Position numbers and translations under genes: made by a program. Below, in pieces: positions 59,221 to 64,000 of a DNA stretch of 64,000 nucleotides. The notes under the pieces were generated by a model. The model saw nothing but the letters and a program-made list of their open reading frames with translations. It was not told the origin of the DNA and did no database searches. The DNA is from a virus, in IMG/VR virus record IMGVR_UViG_3300032240_000412, positions 1-64,000 of that record; one strand, written 5' to 3'. The first letter of the stretch is position 1, and every line of letters starts with the position of its first letter.

Positions 59221-60076
59221 ACATCCACATCAAGCACAGCAAGGCTTTTTTACTTTTGCTCAGAACAATACTACAACAGATTATCTAGCAATGGCCTACG
59301 TGCAAGCAATGAGCGTTAAGTTAGCCATGCCCGGATCGTTGTATGCAGTAGCGGTAGATAAAGATACATTGTCGTTGATAACAGATCAACACCGACAAGT
59401 ATTTGATTATGTAATTGAAATTGATGAAGACTATGCCAAGGATGACGAATGGAAGCTGGCCAACGAGTGGCAGGCTTTTTGGCTGACTCCTTTTAAAGAA
59501 ACCATCAAACTAGAAGCAGATTTACTAATACCTGCAGATATATCACATTGGTGGAATGGTTTTAGACTGCGTGATGTAGTATTAAGCACAAACTGCCAAA
59601 CATATATGGGCACTACTGTTACAAGTGACACGCTACATAGAAAAATTTTCATTGACAACAACTTGCCCAATGTCTATAACGGACTAATGTATTTTAGATA
59701 TAGTCAAATATCCAATTACTTTTTTAGTGTGGCGAGAGACATATATCAAGATTGGGACAGCGTTAGAAATACGTTAAAGAATTTACACAATATCAAACCG
59801 TCTACAGATCTAGTATATGCCATCACTGCCATGTTTGTAGGACCAGAGTTTGTTACTCTACCCACCTTGAACTTTATTAACTTTGTTCACATGAAGCCGT
59901 CATTGCAAGGATGGAAGCAAGATGACGATTGGACTGACTCGGTCATGACAGAATTTGATTTACCAATAATACGAATCAACAACAGGAATCAATATCATCC
60001 AATACACTACCATCAGAAAAATTTTATAAAAAAGGAGGTTGTAGATGAATACCAACGAAGACTTGGCATTAGCTGA
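59213..60076 (+). CDS. GT-A fold glycosyltransferase-like protein (paralog)
   Basis: FWLTPFKETIKLEAD (ExD variant), PNVYNG, STD and FVHMK motifs. Confidence 0.7.
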   Translation: MRKHPHQAQQGFFTFAQNNTTTDYLAMAYVQAMSVKLAMPGSLYAVAVDKDTLSLITDQHRQVFDYVIEIDEDYAKDDEWKLANEWQAFWLTPFKETIKLEADLLIPADISHWWNGFRLRDVVLSTNCQTYMGTTVTSDTLHRKIFIDNNLPNVYNGLMYFRYSQISNYFFSVARDIYQDWDSVRNTLKNLHNIKPSTDLVYAITAMFVGPEFVTLPTLNFINFVHMKPSLQGWKQDDDWTDSVMTEFDLPIIRINNRNQYHPIHYHQKNFIKKEVVDEYQRRLGIS

Positions 60077-60410
60077 AGCATTTGCCAGCATAGTCCCACA
60101 GCCAGAGTACAAAATAGAATATAGACTCTACTATGACAACGCAGGCAAGCCCACTTGCATGAGTTCAAATAATCATCCAGAGGGTCAATATGTCATAATA
60201 GACAAAGCCACATACGATCGAGCAATATATAATAATCTCAAAGTGGTAAACGGAACACTAATTACCATTGACACTAGCTCCCAACATCGTGTACAATTAC
60301 AAAAGGTGGAGTCTGGGCCTTTTCGCACAGCAAAGAATAACGCTGGCATATTACTAACCAAAGACGAACAAGTAGAACAAACAGATTACTATGACCACAG
60401 AAATAATTGA
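60045..60410 (+). CDS. Hypothetical protein
   Basis: 121 aa, EYRLYYD; overlaps both neighbours. Confidence 0.65.
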   Translation: MNTNEDLALAEAFASIVPQPEYKIEYRLYYDNAGKPTCMSSNNHPEGQYVIIDKATYDRAIYNNLKVVNGTLITIDTSSQHRVQLQKVESGPFRTAKNNAGILLTKDEQVEQTDYYDHRNN

Positions 60411-61287
60411 TGTAGCAGACTTAGACTGCATATACTTAACATATGATGAACCTAAGAAAGAAGAGTTTTGGATCAAGATTCAAAACATGGTGCCATGGGC
60501 CAAGCGAGTTGATGGAGTCAAGGGCAGTGATGCCGCACACAAAGCCGCGGCTGATGCTAGTGATACTGATAGATTTGTTCTTATTGATGGCGATAACATT
60601 CCTGATGCTGAATTTTTTAATCTACAACTATCCCTGGATGATCACAATCGTGATTGTGTATTTCGTTGGCGAGCACGTAATGTGGTTAATGGACTAATGT
60701 ATGGCAACGGAGGTATGAGTTGTTGGACCAAGGACTTTGTACACGATATGAAAACTCATGAATCCAGCGACGGATCATCTGCCAATGATGTGGAGTTTTG
60801 TTTCTACCCCAACTACTGGGCAATGAATGACTGCTACAGCACTACATATCCCAATGGTAGCCCACTACATGCTTGGCGTGCCGGCTTCCGCGAAGGAGTT
60901 AAGATGTGTTTGGACAGAGGAGTTAAGCCCACTGTTGCAGAGTTTGAAAGTCGTGTTAACAATCGTAATTACGATAATCTATGTATTTGGCAAACTGTTG
61001 GAGCCGATTCTGATAATGGGTTTTGGTCAATTTATGGAGCACGTCTCGGCACATACCTTACCATGATCGAAGGGTGGGATTATAAAAAAGTACAAGACTT
61101 TGACGAGTTAAAAGCATTGTGGACACAATATGAAAATCATGATGCTGACCACTGCACAGAAATTGGACAAGTATTACGTACAAGACTAGGTTTGCCGATT
61201 GTGGATATGGATCCAGACGAAAGCCGGTTTTTCAAACATCATTATCGTAGCAACTTTAAAAATAAAGGACCAATGATTTGTGAGTAA
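60391..61287 (+). CDS. Glycosyltransferase-like (GT2-type) protein
   Basis: RVDGVKGSDAAHKAAA, FVLIDGDN (DxD), YGNGG and AWRAGFREGVKM motifs. Confidence 0.6.
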   Translation: MTTEIIDVADLDCIYLTYDEPKKEEFWIKIQNMVPWAKRVDGVKGSDAAHKAAADASDTDRFVLIDGDNIPDAEFFNLQLSLDDHNRDCVFRWRARNVVNGLMYGNGGMSCWTKDFVHDMKTHESSDGSSANDVEFCFYPNYWAMNDCYSTTYPNGSPLHAWRAGFREGVKMCLDRGVKPTVAEFESRVNNRNYDNLCIWQTVGADSDNGFWSIYGARLGTYLTMIEGWDYKKVQDFDELKALWTQYENHDADHCTEIGQVLRTRLGLPIVDMDPDESRFFKHHYRSNFKNKGPMICE

Positions 61288-62665
61288 ATCAGATTTCATG
61301 ACCGATGCTGAAAACATGCGAGACCTATTGGGTCCTGCTCTTTGTTTGGCCAAATGGAAACAACTAAGCCTGCATTTACCAACTGGTTTAAACAATAGCT
61401 GTTACCACCCGCCGTTGCACTCAATAGACCCAGACGAAGTAAAAATCAATCCTGGCGCACTACATAATACAGCACATAAAAAAGAACAGCGTAAGATTAT
61501 GTTACGCAACGAAAAACCCAGCGAATGCAGTTATTGTTGGAACATGGAAGCCAATGGTCAATTAAGTGATCGACACTATCGCAGTGGTGAGCCTTGGGCC
61601 TCTGAAGACTATGAAAAAATTAAAAATTCAACAGGAGATGAAAATGAAGTTGTTCCGTCCTACGTCGAGGTTAACTTTAACCATGCGTGTAATCTCAAAT
61701 GTAGTTATTGCAGTCCTCAGTTTAGTAGCACTTGGGGTCAAGAAGTTGACAAGTTTGGCGGATTCCCAACAACGCCTATTCACAACGATCCTAGCCATTT
61801 TACTGGTCGCAATCGTCCTATACCACATTCCCACGATAATCCTTATGTTGATGCATTCTGGCAATGGTGGCCAAGTCTTTATCCGCATCTAAAACATTTC
61901 CGCATGACCGGTGGTGAGCCACTAATGGATCGGAATACATATAAAGTGTTTGACTATGTACTAGCGTTACCTAAGCCAGACCTGCACTTGAATGTGACCA
62001 GCAACTTCAGCGTAGAGCCGCAATTATGGAACAAGTACTTTGACTATGTAAAAAAATTATGTAATACCAATATTGAGCATTTCATGCAGTATGTTAGTCT
62101 TGACACTGGTATTCCCGAACAGGCCGAGTATGTTCGTAGTGGCATGAACTACCATAGAGTTATGAGTCGTGTCAATCATTACCTAACAGACATTCCTTAT
62201 AGGAATAGTCTGACGTTTATCATTACAATGAATAACCTCAGTGTACTTGGCCTACAAAGATTACTGGATAGAATCTTGGAATTACGTAAAGCACATAGCA
62301 CTACATACCAAAGAGTTTGGTTTGATACACCAGTGCTACGTAAACCAGAATGGCAAAGTCTACAGATACTTCCATCGGTATACAGCGAGCATTTAGAACG
62401 TATTGCAGACTGGATGGAACTAAATTTAGAAACACCAGAACGCCCATTCCAGGGATTTAAGGATTACGAAGTACAACGTCTAAGAAGAGACATTGCCTGG
62501 ATGAAAAAAGGCAGTGAATTGGACCCTGAATATGTTAAACTGCAACGTGCTAACTTTTACAGGTTCTTTAACGAGCACGATAAACGACGTGGAACCAACT
62601 TTGAAAAGACATTCCCACAGATGATTGAATTTTGGAAAGAATGTAGATACTATGCACAGCAATAA
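61280..62665 (+). CDS. Radical SAM protein with N-terminal Twitch-like Cys domain
   Basis: CLAKW...SCYH...CSYCW, then CNLKCSYC and TGGEP. Confidence 0.9.
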   Translation: MSKSDFMTDAENMRDLLGPALCLAKWKQLSLHLPTGLNNSCYHPPLHSIDPDEVKINPGALHNTAHKKEQRKIMLRNEKPSECSYCWNMEANGQLSDRHYRSGEPWASEDYEKIKNSTGDENEVVPSYVEVNFNHACNLKCSYCSPQFSSTWGQEVDKFGGFPTTPIHNDPSHFTGRNRPIPHSHDNPYVDAFWQWWPSLYPHLKHFRMTGGEPLMDRNTYKVFDYVLALPKPDLHLNVTSNFSVEPQLWNKYFDYVKKLCNTNIEHFMQYVSLDTGIPEQAEYVRSGMNYHRVMSRVNHYLTDIPYRNSLTFIITMNNLSVLGLQRLLDRILELRKAHSTTYQRVWFDTPVLRKPEWQSLQILPSVYSEHLERIADWMELNLETPERPFQGFKDYEVQRLRRDIAWMKKGSELDPEYVKLQRANFYRFFNEHDKRRGTNFEKTFPQMIEFWKECRYYAQQ

Positions 62666-63812
62666 CTGTCCGTTGTATAGCAAAGGCTTGTATGTTGAAA
62701 AAATAAACAGCACAGAATCACGAGTGAGTATGTGCTGTTATCAATCAATGAGTCCGCAAGTATATACCAACATAGATTTTGATAACAATGACTATCTGAT
62801 TAAGTTACGCAACGATGCAGAGTCTGGAGAGAAAATTCCCGAGTGCCAGGGTTGTTGGACAGCAGAAAAGTTTGGTATTAAAAGCTATAGACAAGGACAG
62901 ATCGAATCTTTTAATTTTCAAAACATCCCCGTTGATAAAACTGTAGAATTAATTAGCTTGTTATACAACTGTGAAAATACCTGTAATTTGAAATGTATCA
63001 CATGCGGTCCACGTTACAGTTCGGCCTGGAGACAAGAGTACCAAAAATTAAATAAACTTGGTGAGTGGGACATTGTATCATCTAAGCAGACTTCTTTAAA
63101 AAATGATATTAGTTGTACATTGGATTTATCTAAAACAAAACTAATACATTTTCAAGGCGGCGAGCCATTACTAACCAAGGATCACGAAGCGGTATTACAG
63201 CAGGCATTAGATCAACACAATCTAACAGAAACTATTGTTAGCTACAACACCAATGGCACAGTATTCCCTAGTGCTAATACACAACAGCTTTGGAAAAATG
63301 CAAAGCTGGTAAAATTATACTTTAGTATTGATGCCATTAAAGATCAATTTGAATATGTTAGATACCCAGGCAACTGGCAAGCAGTTGAGGAAAATTTACT
63401 AAAGATTAAAAACACTATTCCCAATGTTTGGATTGAAATAGGTGTAACAGTGGGACTTGCTAACATATTCTATTTAAAAGATATTTTAGATTGGAGAGAA
63501 GCTAATTTTAATACTACCTTGTCTGGAGATCCAATCGGAATATACTTTAATCTGGTCAGTGATATAGAACCTGGAACAAGCGGACTAATGAAATTAGAAA
63601 ATGCCAGTGGTAAAATCAAGGATCAAGCATTGGAGTATATTGATTCGTTAAGATCATACAGTAATGTCACAGGCATAAACGAAATGAAGAATGCGCTAAT
63701 TGATGCAACAGAAAACAACAAGTGGATTGACTTTTTAAACCAATTGGATAAAATTAGGAACACCAATTGGAATAAATCGTTGAGTAAATTACATAGATGT
63801 GTTACAATATAA
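62652..63812 (+). CDS. Radical SAM protein with N-terminal Twitch-like Cys domain
   Basis: CP...MCC...CQGCW, then CNLKCITC, QGGEP and FSID. The ATG at 62652 is preferred to the track's TTG at 62625. Confidence 0.9.
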   Translation: MHSNNCPLYSKGLYVEKINSTESRVSMCCYQSMSPQVYTNIDFDNNDYLIKLRNDAESGEKIPECQGCWTAEKFGIKSYRQGQIESFNFQNIPVDKTVELISLLYNCENTCNLKCITCGPRYSSAWRQEYQKLNKLGEWDIVSSKQTSLKNDISCTLDLSKTKLIHFQGGEPLLTKDHEAVLQQALDQHNLTETIVSYNTNGTVFPSANTQQLWKNAKLVKLYFSIDAIKDQFEYVRYPGNWQAVEENLLKIKNTIPNVWIEIGVTVGLANIFYLKDILDWREANFNTTLSGDPIGIYFNLVSDIEPGTSGLMKLENASGKIKDQALEYIDSLRSYSNVTGINEMKNALIDATENNKWIDFLNQLDKIRNTNWNKSLSKLHRCVTI

Positions 63813-63818
63813 AATATT

Positions 63819-64000
63819 ATGCCCAAATTTAACAACGAAACAGATTTAGAATATAAGCGCAGAGTAATTGACATCAAGTCAAGTAGCTTCTGCGGAGCAA
63901 AATGGTATAACGCTACTATTTGGTTAGGTAGCGGTATGACCACAAGTTGTCATCATCCGTTGCCACACAAGGTTGATGTTGATGACGTAATACGAAACCC
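63819..64000 (+). CDS. Radical SAM protein paralog, truncated by the window edge
   Basis: MPKFNNETDLEYKRRVIDIKSSSFCGAKWYNATIWLGSGMTTSCHHP matches the CLAKW...SCYHP N-terminus of the 61280 gene. Confidence 0.75.
   Translation, partial: MPKFNNETDLEYKRRVIDIKSSSFCGAKWYNATIWLGSGMTTSCHHPLPHKVDVDDVIRN

Noticed and set aside
240-63943. Many short ORFs in the track that are antisense or out of frame within long genes (e.g. 240-866, 16534-16965, 54110-54808)
   Set aside because: Shadow ORFs expected from codon bias of the real genes; no RBS, promoter or motif support.
1-64000. Stop-codon reassignment, inteins or introns in core genes
   Set aside because: Long ORFs are intact in the standard code with TAA, TAG and TGA all used as stops; no intein or homing endonuclease motifs seen.
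58113-64000. RiPP (peptide-modifying radical SAM) cluster
   Set aside because: No short precursor peptide, RRE/PqqD domain or transporter visible; the GT context fits sugar chemistry better.

Overview
A 64-kb segment of a large T4-like (myovirus) dsDNA phage genome read in the standard genetic code. It contains minus-strand Ser/Thr/Asn-rich virion fibre and PKD proteins (1-8.8 kb), a head module (gp23, gp22-like scaffold, gp21, acidic core protein, gp20 portal), a tape measure gene with a divergent gp26/gp51-like chaperone pair, and a gp55-gp47-gp46-resolvase operon interleaved with accessory enzymes (two radical SAM, one SGNH-like, two Gly-loop/sulfotransferase-like). The plus strand carries a baseplate module (gp48-, gp53-, hub-, gp5-, gp25- and gp6-like genes, plus a 4269-aa wedge protein), tail fibres, and a sigma70-driven glycosyltransferase + radical SAM cluster. 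The most notable unexplained signals are: (1) a ~400-nt ORF-free, heavily base-paired element at 20378-20787 (candidate large ncRNA with a pseudoknot, or an origin); (2) an in-frame T-TTT-TTC -1 frameshift site fusing the gp26-like and gp51-like ORFs; (3) a dispersed GT/radical SAM/SGNH modification system; (4) nested or overlapping promoters and leaderless starts. All assignments come from reading motifs by eye; no database searches were run. No tRNA, rRNA, CRISPR array or transposase was seen.
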